Assembly (NCBI GenBank): GCA_022508345.1
Contig: JAFLVK010000004.1
Location: 24,982 to 88,981, forward strand
DNA from: Clostridiales bacterium
GTDB taxonomy: Bacteria > Bacillota > Clostridia > Christensenellales > CAG-314
Reading direction: 5' to 3'
DNA length: 64,000 nucleotides
Shown here: in pieces, positions 55,568 to 64,000 of the stretch
Layout of the letters: each line of letters begins with the position of its first letter
How positions within the stretch are numbered: the stretch's first letter is position 1
Program-made: the position numbers and the translations under genes
Notes under the pieces: generated by a model
Databases searched by the model: none
What the model saw: the letters and a program-made list of their open reading frames with translations, nothing else
What the model was told of the DNA's origin: nothing

Positions 55568-57353
55568 TGTGTTCCTCACAGGTGATGTACAGTTCTTTGA
55601 GCTGTTTCTCCTCAACAGGGGAGGGAGCTTCGCTCATCATGCAGCTTGCATTTTGCATCTTGGGGAATGCAATAACGTCCTTGATGTTTGTTGTATCCGT
55701 CAACACCATTACTAGCCTGTCCAAGCCAAGCGCCAAACCGCCGTGGGGAGGTGTGCCGTATTTGAACGCGTCCACGAAAAAGCCGAAACGGTCGGCAATT
55801 TGCTCGTCTGTAAAGCCCAGTGTTTCAAACATAAGCTTTTGCACTTCTCTGTTGTAAATACGCATGCTTCCGCCGCCCATTTCGTCGCCGTTTATGACGA
55901 CGTCATATGCCTTTGCGCGTACGCGTGCAGGGTCGGTTTTCATGTATTCAAGGTCTTCATTTTTGGGGCTGGTAAACGGGTGATGCATTGCAACATATCT
56001 GCCCTCTTCCTCCGAGTACTCAAACAGCGGGAAGTCGACAACCCACAATGCGGCAAAGTCGCCTGGTTTGTAAAGCTCGAATTTGCTTGCCAAGTGGCAT
56101 CTAAGCGCACCCAATGACACAACTGCCGTTTGCCAATCTGCATCTGCCACAATCAACGCAATGTCGCCCTGTTCCATGGAAAGTGCGTCGCCAATTGCAT
56201 GCAATTCGTCTTCCGTAACAGCCTTTGCAAAGCTGCATTTTACGCCCTCTTGTCCCAGTCCGTACCAAGCAAGCCCCTTTGCCTTGTATGTCTTTACAAA
56301 GTCAACAAGCTTGTCCAAGTCCTTGCGGGAAAGCTTGTCTGCACCGTCTTTTAATACGATTGCGCGAACTGTTCCGCCACTGGCAAGCGCGCCGGAAAAT
56401 ACAACAAATGAGGAATCCTTTACAGTTTCATCCAGGCTCACAATTTCCATGCCGAAACGCATATCAGGCTTGTCTGAGCCGAAACGGTTCATACATTCCG
56501 TCCAGGAAATACGGGGGAAACGCTTGGGTAATTTTACACCGCGAATTTCCTTAAACATCTTGCAAAGCAGGCCCTCTGTCAACGTCATAACCTCTTCTTC
56601 CTGATCGACAAAGCTCATTTCCAGGTCGATTTGGGTAAATTCCGGCTGACGGTTTGCGCGCAGGTCTTCATCGCGGAAGCACTTGGCAATTTGGAAATAT
56701 CTGTCCATACCGCCAATCATCAGCAGTTGTTTGTAAAGCTGCGGAGATTGTGGCAAAGCGTAAAAGCTACCGGGGTGAACTCTACTCGGTACAAGGTAGT
56801 CGCGCGCTCCTTCGGGCGTGGACTTGCCTAGCATGGGCGTTTCCACTTCGATAAAGCCGTTTTTAGCAAGGTAGTTACGCGTGATTTGGTAAATCTTGCT
56901 GCGCGTAACAAGGTTGTGTTGCAACTCTTCACGGCGAAGATCGAGATATCTGTGCTTCAAGCGCAACGCTTCGTTTGCGCCATCGTCGCCGATAGAAAAC
57001 GGCGTTACATCTGCTTCGGAAAGTATCTTCAAGTCCTCGGCAACAAGCTCCAATTCGCCCGTTTTCATGTTGGGGTTGATGTTGTTGCCTGTGCGCAGAC
57101 GGACATTTCCTGTAACGCTAATTACGTATTCCAGCTTGATTGTAGACGCCTTTTGAAGTAGCTCTTGAGAGCAAACGTCTGTATCAAACACAATCTGCAT
57201 GATACCGCTACGGTCACGAAGTTGCAAAAATATAAGTCCGCCAAGGTCGCGACGTCTGTGCACCCAACCCATGAGCGTTGTTTGCTTGCCCAAGAACTCT
57301 TTGTTTACGTTTCCGCACATTACGCTGCGGCGTTGTCCGTTTAGTAGTTCCAT
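55560..57353 (-). CDS. aspS: Aspartate--tRNA ligase
   Basis: 597 aa with an OB anticodon-binding domain (...GWVHRRRDLGGLIFLQLRDRSG...) and class-II motifs (...FRDEDLRANRQPEFTQID..., ...GGLALGLDRLVM...). Confidence 0.95.
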   Translation of the reverse strand: MELLNGQRRSVMCGNVNKEFLGKQTTLMGWVHRRRDLGGLIFLQLRDRSGIMQIVFDTDVCSQELLQKASTIKLEYVISVTGNVRLRTGNNINPNMKTGELELVAEDLKILSEADVTPFSIGDDGANEALRLKHRYLDLRREELQHNLVTRSKIYQITRNYLAKNGFIEVETPMLGKSTPEGARDYLVPSRVHPGSFYALPQSPQLYKQLLMIGGMDRYFQIAKCFRDEDLRANRQPEFTQIDLEMSFVDQEEEVMTLTEGLLCKMFKEIRGVKLPKRFPRISWTECMNRFGSDKPDMRFGMEIVSLDETVKDSSFVVFSGALASGGTVRAIVLKDGADKLSRKDLDKLVDFVKTYKAKGLAWYGLGQEGVKCSFAKAVTEDELHAIGDALSMEQGDIALIVADADWQTAVVSLGALRCHLASKFELYKPGDFAALWVVDFPLFEYSEEEGRYVAMHHPFTSPKNEDLEYMKTDPARVRAKAYDVVINGDEMGGGSMRIYNREVQKLMFETLGFTDEQIADRFGFFVDAFKYGTPPHGGLALGLDRLVMVLTDTTNIKDVIAFPKMQNASCMMSEAPSPVEEKQLKELYITCEEHND

Positions 57354-57373
57354 TGTTTTTATTCTCCTATGTG

Positions 57374-58657
57374 TTACAGTACGTATTTTTTAAGATTGCG
57401 AGATTCGGTGCGGAAATTGTTTTCAACGTATGCTTTGTCAATCACAACAGTTTTCTTTGCGCCCTCTTCATCGATGTCGTAGGAAATATCTTCAACAATA
57501 TGCTCCATGATGCTTTGAAGTCTTCTCGCACCGATGTCTTCGAGTGTGTTGTTTTGGTCGAATGCAACATTTGCAATTTCAGCAATGCCGTCAGCGCTGA
57601 ATTGCAAGTCGATATTGTCAACCGCAAGCAACTTTTTGTATTGCTCGGTGATTGCATTTTCCGGCTCTGTCAAAATCTTGATAAAGTCATCCACCCCAAG
57701 GCTATCCAGTTCAACAAGCACAGGGAAACGTCCTTGCAGCTCGGGGATAAGGTCGGAAACCTTACTGACGTGGAATGCGCCGCTTGCAATAAACAGGATA
57801 TAGTCTGTTTTAATATTTCCGTATTTTGTGGACACGGTACACCCTTCAACTATGGGAAGAATGTCCCTCTGCACACCTTCGCGAGAAACGTCGGGTCCGT
57901 TTTGTGAGGACTTGCCGGCAATCTTGTCCATTTCGTCAATGAATATTACACCGTCATTTTCCGCGCGCTTCAATGCTTCGCTTTCTACGCTGTCAAGGTC
58001 AATAAGCTTTTCGCTTTCCTCAGATGAGAATATACGCAAAGCTTCTTCCACGGTAACGGTACGTTTTTTCATTTTCTTGGGAAGCATATCTCCAAAAATG
58101 CTACCGAGATTTATTTCGCCACCGCCTGCCTGAAGCTCCACTGGCTTGGGAATATCGGCAACAGTTATCTCCACCTGCATTTGATCGAGGTTGTGCTTGA
58201 ACAGTTCGTCCTTTAGTGCAACCTTGGATATACCCTCGGGAAGCTCGGTTGATTGCTTCATGAGCAAATCGGACAACCTGTCAACAGCAAGCTCGAAAGC
58301 GCGCGCTTCCACTTCCTTGTAGCGCTCATCCTTAACCAAGCGGATGGACACTTCAACAAGGTCTCTCACCATGCTTTCGACGTCACGTCCAACGTAGCCC
58401 ACCTCGGTGTATTTTGTCGCTTCCACCTTTAAAAATGGCGCCTTTACAAGCTTCGCCAGACGTCTGGCAATTTCAGTTTTACCAACGCCTGTCGGGCCTT
58501 TCATAATTATATTTTTCGGGGTTATTTCCTCACGGTCAGCTTGAGAAAGCTTGCTGCGACGGTATCTGTTGCGCAATGCAATAGCCACTGCCTTTTTTGC
58601 CTTGAACTGCCCCACGATGTAACGGTCAAGTTCGTTCACAATTTGTTTAGGTGTCAT
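57374..58657 (-). CDS. hslU: ATP-dependent protease ATPase subunit HslU
   Basis: 427 aa starting MTPKQIVNELDRYIVGQFKAKKAVAIALRNRYRR, with Walker A GPTGVGKTEIARRLA and Walker B IFIDEMDK. Confidence 0.95.
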   Translation of the reverse strand: MTPKQIVNELDRYIVGQFKAKKAVAIALRNRYRRSKLSQADREEITPKNIIMKGPTGVGKTEIARRLAKLVKAPFLKVEATKYTEVGYVGRDVESMVRDLVEVSIRLVKDERYKEVEARAFELAVDRLSDLLMKQSTELPEGISKVALKDELFKHNLDQMQVEITVADIPKPVELQAGGGEINLGSIFGDMLPKKMKKRTVTVEEALRIFSSEESEKLIDLDSVESEALKRAENDGVIFIDEMDKIAGKSSQNGPDVSREGVQRDILPIVEGCTVSTKYGNIKTDYILFIASGAFHVSKVSDLIPELQGRFPVLVELDSLGVDDFIKILTEPENAITEQYKKLLAVDNIDLQFSADGIAEIANVAFDQNNTLEDIGARRLQSIMEHIVEDISYDIDEEGAKKTVVIDKAYVENNFRTESRNLKKYVL

Positions 58658-58658
58658 A

Positions 58659-59210
58659 TTACGCCTCCTCTACGGTGATGTGACCGTTTGTAAATACGCA
58701 TATTTCACTGGCAATTTCCAGCGCTTTTTGTGCTATCTCCTTGGCGGACAGTTTCGTATTGCGATACAACGCCTTTGCTGCTGCAAGAGCGTAGTTACCA
58801 CCGCTGCCGATTGCGCAAACGCCGTCGTCAGGTTCAATAACGTCACCCGTTCCCGAAAGCAGATATATGTTGTCCTTGTCGGCAACAATCATCATAGCCT
58901 CAAGCTTGCGCATGACGTTGTCTCTACGCCAAAGTTGAGCAACTTCCACAGCCGAACGCAGTAGATTTCCGCTGAACTTTTGTAACATTTCTTCGAACTT
59001 TTCCGAAAGTGTAAACGCATCGGCAACGGAGCCTGCAAAGCCCGTTACAATTTTTCCGTCGTAAATACGGCGCACCTTTACTGCGTTACCTTTCATGATA
59101 ACGCTTTGTCCTTGCGTTACCTGTCCGTCGCCTGCAACGGCAATTTGTCCGTTACGCTTAACGGCGCATATAGTTGTGCCTTTTATGGAATCGGCAAAAA
59201 CTTCTGACAT
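58659..59210 (-). CDS. hslV: ATP-dependent protease subunit HslV (with an 11-residue N-terminal extension)
   Basis: 183 aa. ...[22 protein letters not shown]...[12 protein letters not shown]...[11 protein letters not shown]... is canonical HslV. A strong RBS AAGGAGGGAACAAA precedes ATG 59210, and there is no alternative start codon before the TT dipeptide. Confidence 0.9.
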   Translation of the reverse strand: MSEVFADSIKGTTICAVKRNGQIAVAGDGQVTQGQSVIMKGNAVKVRRIYDGKIVTGFAGSVADAFTLSEKFEEMLQKFSGNLLRSAVEVAQLWRRDNVMRKLEAMMIVADKDNIYLLSGTGDVIEPDDGVCAIGSGGNYALAAAKALYRNTKLSAKEIAQKALEIASEICVFTNGHITVEEA

Positions 59211-59222
59211 TTTGTTCCCTCC

Positions 59223-60524
59223 TTAAAGGTTAATTGCTATTTGCTCCATTGCCTGTATTGCCCTATCGGCATAGGCAGCTTTTCTAAGTGACTTGTCCCT
59301 TATCTTTTCCGTCAAGGGAGCAAGAATACCGAAATTGCTGTTCATTGGCGAATACTCTCCGTATTCCACCGATATGTGATCGCACAATGCTCCTGTCAAT
59401 GTGTCGCTACTAAATTCCAACGGAGCAAGCCCCGAAGCCAATCGGTAGCCTTGAATGGCTGCAACAAGTCCGCTGAGGGTGGATTCCATGTATCCTTCTA
59501 CGCCCGTGAGCTGACCTGCAAAGAAAAGCTTTGGGTTACTTTTCAGTTGAAAATATCTGTTTAGAAATTTCGGCGCGTTGATAAATGTATTTCGGTGCAT
59601 AACTCCGTAGCGCACAAACTCCGCGTTCGCTAGCGCCGGAATAAGTGAAAATACACGTTTCTGCTCGCCGTATTTGAGGTTTGTTTGAAAACCCACAAGG
59701 TTGTACAGCGTGCCGTCGGCATTTTCCTTGCGGAGCTGTAGCACTGCGTAAGGCTTTTCGTTCTTTCTCTCGTCACGAAGCCCTACCGGCTTTAACGGAC
59801 CGAATCTGACAGTGTCCACACCGCGCTTTGCCATTACTTCAATTGGCATACATCCCTCAAAGACGTTGTTTTCGAAATCTTTGAGTTGTACCGTCTCAGC
59901 AGCAACAAGGTTTTCGTAGAAGTTCAAATACTCTTCCTTGTTCATTGGACAGTTGAGATAGTCCGCATCCCCCTTGCCGTAGCGACTTGCTTGAAATGCA
60001 CTGTCGTAGTCGATACTTTCCGACGTAACAATGGGCGCAACGGCATCGAAGAAATACAAAAATTCTTCGCCGAATATTTGCTTGAACGCGGGAATAAGCG
60101 CGTCGTCCGTAAGCGGTCCCGTTGCAACAATTACAAAGTCGTAACCGTCTGTGGAAAAGCTAGTTGCAACTTCCTCTACTCGATGGAAATTGGGATAGCT
60201 GTTTAATGCTGCGGTAATCTGTTGGGAAAAAGCGTACCTGTCCACCGCCAGGGCATTGCCGGCAGGAACACGGGTAAGTTCTGCTATACGCACCACGATG
60301 CTATCCAACAATCGCATCTCCGCCTTGAGTAAGCCGCTCGATGTGTTTACGTCGTCGCTCTTGAATGAGTTGGAACATACAACCTCACACAGCGTGTCTA
60401 AATTGTGTGCCGGGGAGTGCTTCAACGGTTTCATTTCCACAAGCGTAACGTCCACGCCCCGCTTCAACAGCTGGTAGCAAGCCTCACAGCCTGCAAAGCC
60501 TCCACCGATAACCTTAACTTTCAC
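59223..60524 (-). CDS. trmFO: Methylenetetrahydrofolate--tRNA-(uracil-5-)-methyltransferase TrmFO
   Basis: 433 aa starting MKVKVIGGGFAGCEA (FAD site), with ...FFAGQLTGVEGYMES..., typical of TrmFO/Gid. It follows topA. Confidence 0.95.
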   Translation of the reverse strand: MKVKVIGGGFAGCEACYQLLKRGVDVTLVEMKPLKHSPAHNLDTLCEVVCSNSFKSDDVNTSSGLLKAEMRLLDSIVVRIAELTRVPAGNALAVDRYAFSQQITAALNSYPNFHRVEEVATSFSTDGYDFVIVATGPLTDDALIPAFKQIFGEEFLYFFDAVAPIVTSESIDYDSAFQASRYGKGDADYLNCPMNKEEYLNFYENLVAAETVQLKDFENNVFEGCMPIEVMAKRGVDTVRFGPLKPVGLRDERKNEKPYAVLQLRKENADGTLYNLVGFQTNLKYGEQKRVFSLIPALANAEFVRYGVMHRNTFINAPKFLNRYFQLKSNPKLFFAGQLTGVEGYMESTLSGLVAAIQGYRLASGLAPLEFSSDTLTGALCDHISVEYGEYSPMNSNFGILAPLTEKIRDKSLRKAAYADRAIQAMEQIAINL

Positions 60525-62739
60525 TTACTTCACCGCCGTCGTAATTGCAATCCTTGTTGGAACAGCGTATAACCTTTTTACCGCGACTGGTCTTGTAAAT
60601 TAGGTGCGCGCCGCAATCGGGACACATCTCACCCGTTGGAATATCCCACGACACGAAGTCACAAGTGGGATAGCCCGTACAGCCGAAAAATACTACACCG
60701 CGCTTTGATATGCGTTTTACAACATCCTTGCCACATTTCGGGCATTTAGCAACCGTTTCCACAATGGGCTTGGTGTTTTTGCACTGCGGGTAGTTGCTGC
60801 AAGACAGATACTTGCCGTATTTGCCTTGACGCTCCAGCATTTTACTGCCGCAAATGTCGCACACAATGTCCGTCTCTTTAGGCGGAGTTTTTTCCTTGAG
60901 GCTCCTGATATTGGAGCATGCAGGATAGTTACTGCATGCAAGATACTTGCCGTATTTGCCCGTCTTTATCACCATATTCGAACCGCACTTATCGCAAATT
61001 ACGTCCGACGGTTCGTCCTGCAAGGAAATCTTTTGTCCTTGCATTGCAACGTCCACCTCTTTAAGCATAGGCTTGTAGAAGCTGTCCACTACCTTGTACC
61101 AAGGTTCGCCGTTATCCTCTATCGCGTCCAGCTTGTCTTCCATTTCGGCGGTAAACTGAATGTCTACCACTTCGCCGAAGTACTGTTCAAGATATTCCGT
61201 AACCTGCACGCCAAGATTGCTGGGAACAAGCGCTTTGCCGTCCTTTTTGATGTACTCGCGCTTGTACAGAGTTTGCATAATGGTTGCATAGGTACTGGGC
61301 CGTCCGATGCCCTTTTCTTCCATTGCCTTGATTATGCTTGCTTCGGTGTAACGTGCCGGGGGTTTGGTAAAGCGCTGTTCGCTGTTTAGCTTTATAAGCT
61401 TGAGATTGTCGCCAACAGAAAGCTGCGGCAAAACGGCATTTTCCACTTCGTCATCGTTCTTTTCTTTGCTTTTGGTTTCGCCATAGATTGCCAAAAAACC
61501 GTTAAAGGTGAGAGTTTTACCTGTTGCCGTCAAGGTGTAGTTGCCGCAATTTACACCAACTGACACACTGTCATATGTTGCAGGAACAGCTTGACTTGCA
61601 AGGAAGCGTTCGTAAATCAGCTTGTACAGCAAATACTGGTTGCGCTGCACCTTGTCCTTGATGGACTCGGGCGTGAGCTCCAAGTTGATGGGACGGATAG
61701 CTTCGTGAGCGTCCTGCGCCTGTTTCTTTGTTGCGTAAAAGTTGGGTTTTTCCGGCAAATACTGCTTGCCGTATTTTTGTTCAATGTGATCGCGTGCAGC
61801 AAACACAGCGTCCGTTGATACGCGAACAGAGTCGGTACGGATATATGTTACCAAAGCAACGTGCCCCATATCGCCGATATCAATACCTTCGTAAAGCTGT
61901 TGCGCAACAGACATTACAGCGGCACTGGACATACGCAGTTTGTTGACTGCATCCTGTTGCATGGTGCTTGTTGTAAAGGGCGGTTGCGGTCTGGTCAGCG
62001 TTTGTGACTTTTTGACGGAAGCTACAACGTACTCGTTTCCTTTCAATATTTCAAGCGCTGCGTCGCACTGCTCTTTATTTTTTATTTTAATTTTTTTGCC
62101 GTCTTTTTCCGCCAAGGTAGCAGTAAATTGAGGCTTTGCTTTCGGCTTTTCCAGGACAGCAGCTACATGCCAGAACTCTTCCGGCTTGAACTTTTGAATT
62201 TCCTTTTCGCGGTCTACAATAATTCTGAGTGCCGCCGACTGAACGCGTCCGGCAGAAAGCTTTCCTGTAATCTTTTTGCAAAGCACGGGCGACAGTGTGT
62301 AACCAACAAGACGGTCCAAAACGCGTCTAGCCTGTTGAGCGTACACCAGCCCCTTATTGATGTAGTCGGGATTTTGTATTGCTTGATTTACCGCTTTTTT
62401 TGAAATTTCGTTGAACATAATGCGGTTCTTCTCGTTGGGGTCGAGATTGAGCGCGCATTGCAAGTGATACGAAATAGCTTCTCCCTCGCGGTCCGGGTCG
62501 GTTGCAAGGTAAACTTTTTCTGCATTTGCAACAGCCTTTTTCAAGCGTTCGATGGTTTCCGCCTGCTCGGGTTTGCGAGCCGTAAGTGACGGTTCGTAAT
62601 TGTGGTCGAAGTCCACACCCATTTCCTTGTCGGGTAAATCCCAAATGTGTCCGCGCGAAGCGTCCACTCTGTAATCAGGTCCTAGGTACTTACCTATAGT
62701 TTTTGCCTTTGCCGGTGATTCGACAATTACAAGTTTCAT
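60514..62739 (-). CDS. topA: DNA topoisomerase I
   Basis: 741 aa with a TOPRIM N-terminus (MKLVIVESPAKAKTIGKYLG), the active-site region ...ALVTYIRTDS..., and several C-terminal Cys4 zinc ribbons. Confidence 0.95.
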   Translation of the reverse strand: MKLVIVESPAKAKTIGKYLGPDYRVDASRGHIWDLPDKEMGVDFDHNYEPSLTARKPEQAETIERLKKAVANAEKVYLATDPDREGEAISYHLQCALNLDPNEKNRIMFNEISKKAVNQAIQNPDYINKGLVYAQQARRVLDRLVGYTLSPVLCKKITGKLSAGRVQSAALRIIVDREKEIQKFKPEEFWHVAAVLEKPKAKPQFTATLAEKDGKKIKIKNKEQCDAALEILKGNEYVVASVKKSQTLTRPQPPFTTSTMQQDAVNKLRMSSAAVMSVAQQLYEGIDIGDMGHVALVTYIRTDSVRVSTDAVFAARDHIEQKYGKQYLPEKPNFYATKKQAQDAHEAIRPINLELTPESIKDKVQRNQYLLYKLIYERFLASQAVPATYDSVSVGVNCGNYTLTATGKTLTFNGFLAIYGETKSKEKNDDEVENAVLPQLSVGDNLKLIKLNSEQRFTKPPARYTEASIIKAMEEKGIGRPSTYATIMQTLYKREYIKKDGKALVPSNLGVQVTEYLEQYFGEVVDIQFTAEMEDKLDAIEDNGEPWYKVVDSFYKPMLKEVDVAMQGQKISLQDEPSDVICDKCGSNMVIKTGKYGKYLACSNYPACSNIRSLKEKTPPKETDIVCDICGSKMLERQGKYGKYLSCSNYPQCKNTKPIVETVAKCPKCGKDVVKRISKRGVVFFGCTGYPTCDFVSWDIPTGEMCPDCGAHLIYKTSRGKKVIRCSNKDCNYDGGEVSES

Positions 62740-63824
62740 TCAATGCCTCCATACAACCGATACAAATTACCGGGTAACCTCACAATTATACTCTTAATTT
62801 CCAATTTTGCCAACATAAAATTTAAGTCGGCTGGTGCTATACCTGTTTGCTCTATCAGCTCGTCGAAGGTCAACTGACCGCGGGACAAAACATTTACGAT
62901 AGCTTGCTCCTCGATATTGACCTGGTAGATTACCTTTGTTGCAGATTTGCTTTCCAAACGGTAAAACTCCACTATATCACGCGGAGTAGTAACACACGCC
63001 GCCTGAACTGTTTTTATCAACCTGTTACTTCCGCTAAAGCCCGCGTCGTAAATTTCGCCTGGCACTACGAAAATATCTTTGCCCTGTTCAAGTGCCTGGT
63101 CTACCGTGGTCATCGTACCGCTTTTATTGGGCGCTTGGCACACAAGCACTCCACGGCTCAGCCCGGATACAATTCTGTTACGGTGCGGAAAGTTGTATGC
63201 CATGGGTATAGCGCGCATTCCGTATTCCGTGACAAGCAGTCCGCCATTTGCCACTATTCTATCCGCCAAGCCTTGGTTTGCGGCGGGGTAAACATTTAAC
63301 AGACCACCGCCCAACACTGCAATTGTAGAACCGTGCTCGTCCAGTGTGGCTTCATGAGCAATGCTGTCCACACCGTATGCCAGTCCGCTAACTATCGTGA
63401 AGTATTCGGACAGTATTACGGTGAAGTCCTTTGCAATACGTCTGCCATACGATGATACCTTGCGCGTGCCTATCACTGCAAGGCATTTTGTTGCAAATAG
63501 CTTTGCGTTACCTTTGCAAAACAGCACATACGGTGGATCATCGATATCCCTGAGCACTGCAGGATAATTGGGCGAAAACCATGTGACGGCAAATACCTCA
63601 TGCTTATTCATGTCGTCAATAATCTCGTCGCATGATTTCCTGTTGATATCTTTTTTTAGCTTGGCGTAACTGTTACCAAGCAGATTCTCCGCCTCTTTAC
63701 TGCGCGAAAAGTTGGCAATTAAATGCTCGGCGCCGTCAAATAAGTTCCACACTTGAAAGAACTTGCTTGACAACACGTTATTCTCGCCAAACAATATACA
63801 TATTTTTTCTTCTAACGTGTACAT
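62736..63824 (-). CDS. dprA: DNA processing protein DprA (Smf)
   Basis: Rossmann-like DprA core (...VIGTRKVSSYGRRIA...SGLAYGVDSIAHEA...). The start is ATG 63824 (MYTLEEK), 1 nt (63825) downstream of the upstream gene's stop (63826-63828). The ORF-track start at 63875 is over-extended. Confidence 0.9.
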   Translation of the reverse strand: MYTLEEKICILFGENNVLSSKFFQVWNLFDGAEHLIANFSRSKEAENLLGNSYAKLKKDINRKSCDEIIDDMNKHEVFAVTWFSPNYPAVLRDIDDPPYVLFCKGNAKLFATKCLAVIGTRKVSSYGRRIAKDFTVILSEYFTIVSGLAYGVDSIAHEATLDEHGSTIAVLGGGLLNVYPAANQGLADRIVANGGLLVTEYGMRAIPMAYNFPHRNRIVSGLSRGVLVCQAPNKSGTMTTVDQALEQGKDIFVVPGEIYDAGFSGSNRLIKTVQAACVTTPRDIVEFYRLESKSATKVIYQVNIEEQAIVNVLSRGQLTFDELIEQTGIAPADLNFMLAKLEIKSIIVRLPGNLYRLYGGIE

Positions 63825-63825
63825 T

Positions 63826-64000
63826 TTATACCCTGTATTTTCTGTCCAACATGCGGTACTGCAGGGATTCTGCAATATGTCGCGACGTTATATCAGCCGA
63901 ACCGTCCAAGTCGGCAATTGTGCGCGCCACCTTCAATATGCGGTTATACGCGCGAGCCGTCAGGTTTAACTTTTCAAAAGAGTCCTTAAGTAAGCTTGCG
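63826..64000 (-). CDS. comM: Mg-chelatase-like ATPase ComM/YifB, C-terminal end (gene starts beyond the window end)
   Basis: Open at the window edge. Manual translation gives ...SLLKDSFEKLNLTARAYNRILKVARTIADLDGSADITSRHIAESLQYRMLDRKYRV*, the conserved ComM/YifB C-terminus. It lies upstream of dprA. Confidence 0.7.
   Translation of the reverse strand, partial: ASLLKDSFEKLNLTARAYNRILKVARTIADLDGSADITSRHIAESLQYRMLDRKYRV

Noticed and set aside
1-64000. I looked for tRNA/rRNA genes, CRISPR repeats, IS elements, integrases, prophage or defence-system genes, and dif/parS-like sites.
   Set aside because: None were recognised by eye. All intergenic gaps over 100 nt are accounted for by promoters, terminators, the T-box leader or the OLE-like RNA. 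A proper tRNAscan or repeat search was not possible here.

Overview
This is a 64-kb, very gene-dense stretch of core chromosome from an endospore-forming Firmicute. The gene order looks Clostridia-like: spoVAC-AD-AE without spoVAA/AB, ispG between rseP and the polC slot, and nrnA between rbfA and truB. Every feature I can support lies on the minus strand: about 75 CDS, one large ncRNA and one T-box leader. The window joins blocks that are syntenic with well-known Bacillus/Clostridium loci. In minus-strand reading order (high to low coordinates) they are: comM-dprA-topA-trmFO-hslVU-aspS; an Rrf2-nifS-iscU Fe-S module; ruvX; rpsB-tsf-pyrH-frr-uppS-cdsA-dxr-rseP-ispG; rimP-nusA-ylxR-ylxQ-infB-rbfA-nrnA-truB-ribF; efp; spoIIIAA-AH; asp23-nusB-folD-xseAB-ispA-[OLE RNA]-oapA-dxs-argR-recN-spoIVB; deoB, hup, dac, scpAB; spoVAC/AD/AE; yunB; T-box-pheST. 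I saw no rRNA, tRNA, CRISPR array, transposase, integrase or phage genes. Four items deserve a second look. (1) A roughly 600-nt ORF-free structured region between ispA and a 4-TM protein gene plus dxs, the signature context of OLE RNA/OapA, here with its own promoter. (2) An intact 550-aa ORF in the polC slot that looks like the N-terminal third of PolC only (N-domains, OB fold, exonuclease fold), has every DEDD carboxylate substituted, and has no PHP or polymerase part. (3) A DUF1292 protein with Cys/His-rich metal-binding-like tails. (4) A Cys-rich SpoIIM-like membrane protein where spo0A usually follows spoIVB. Many ORF-track start codons are over-extended, and I give corrected starts where an RBS or a gene overlap supports them. 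The long plus-strand ORFs are antisense shadows of real genes.
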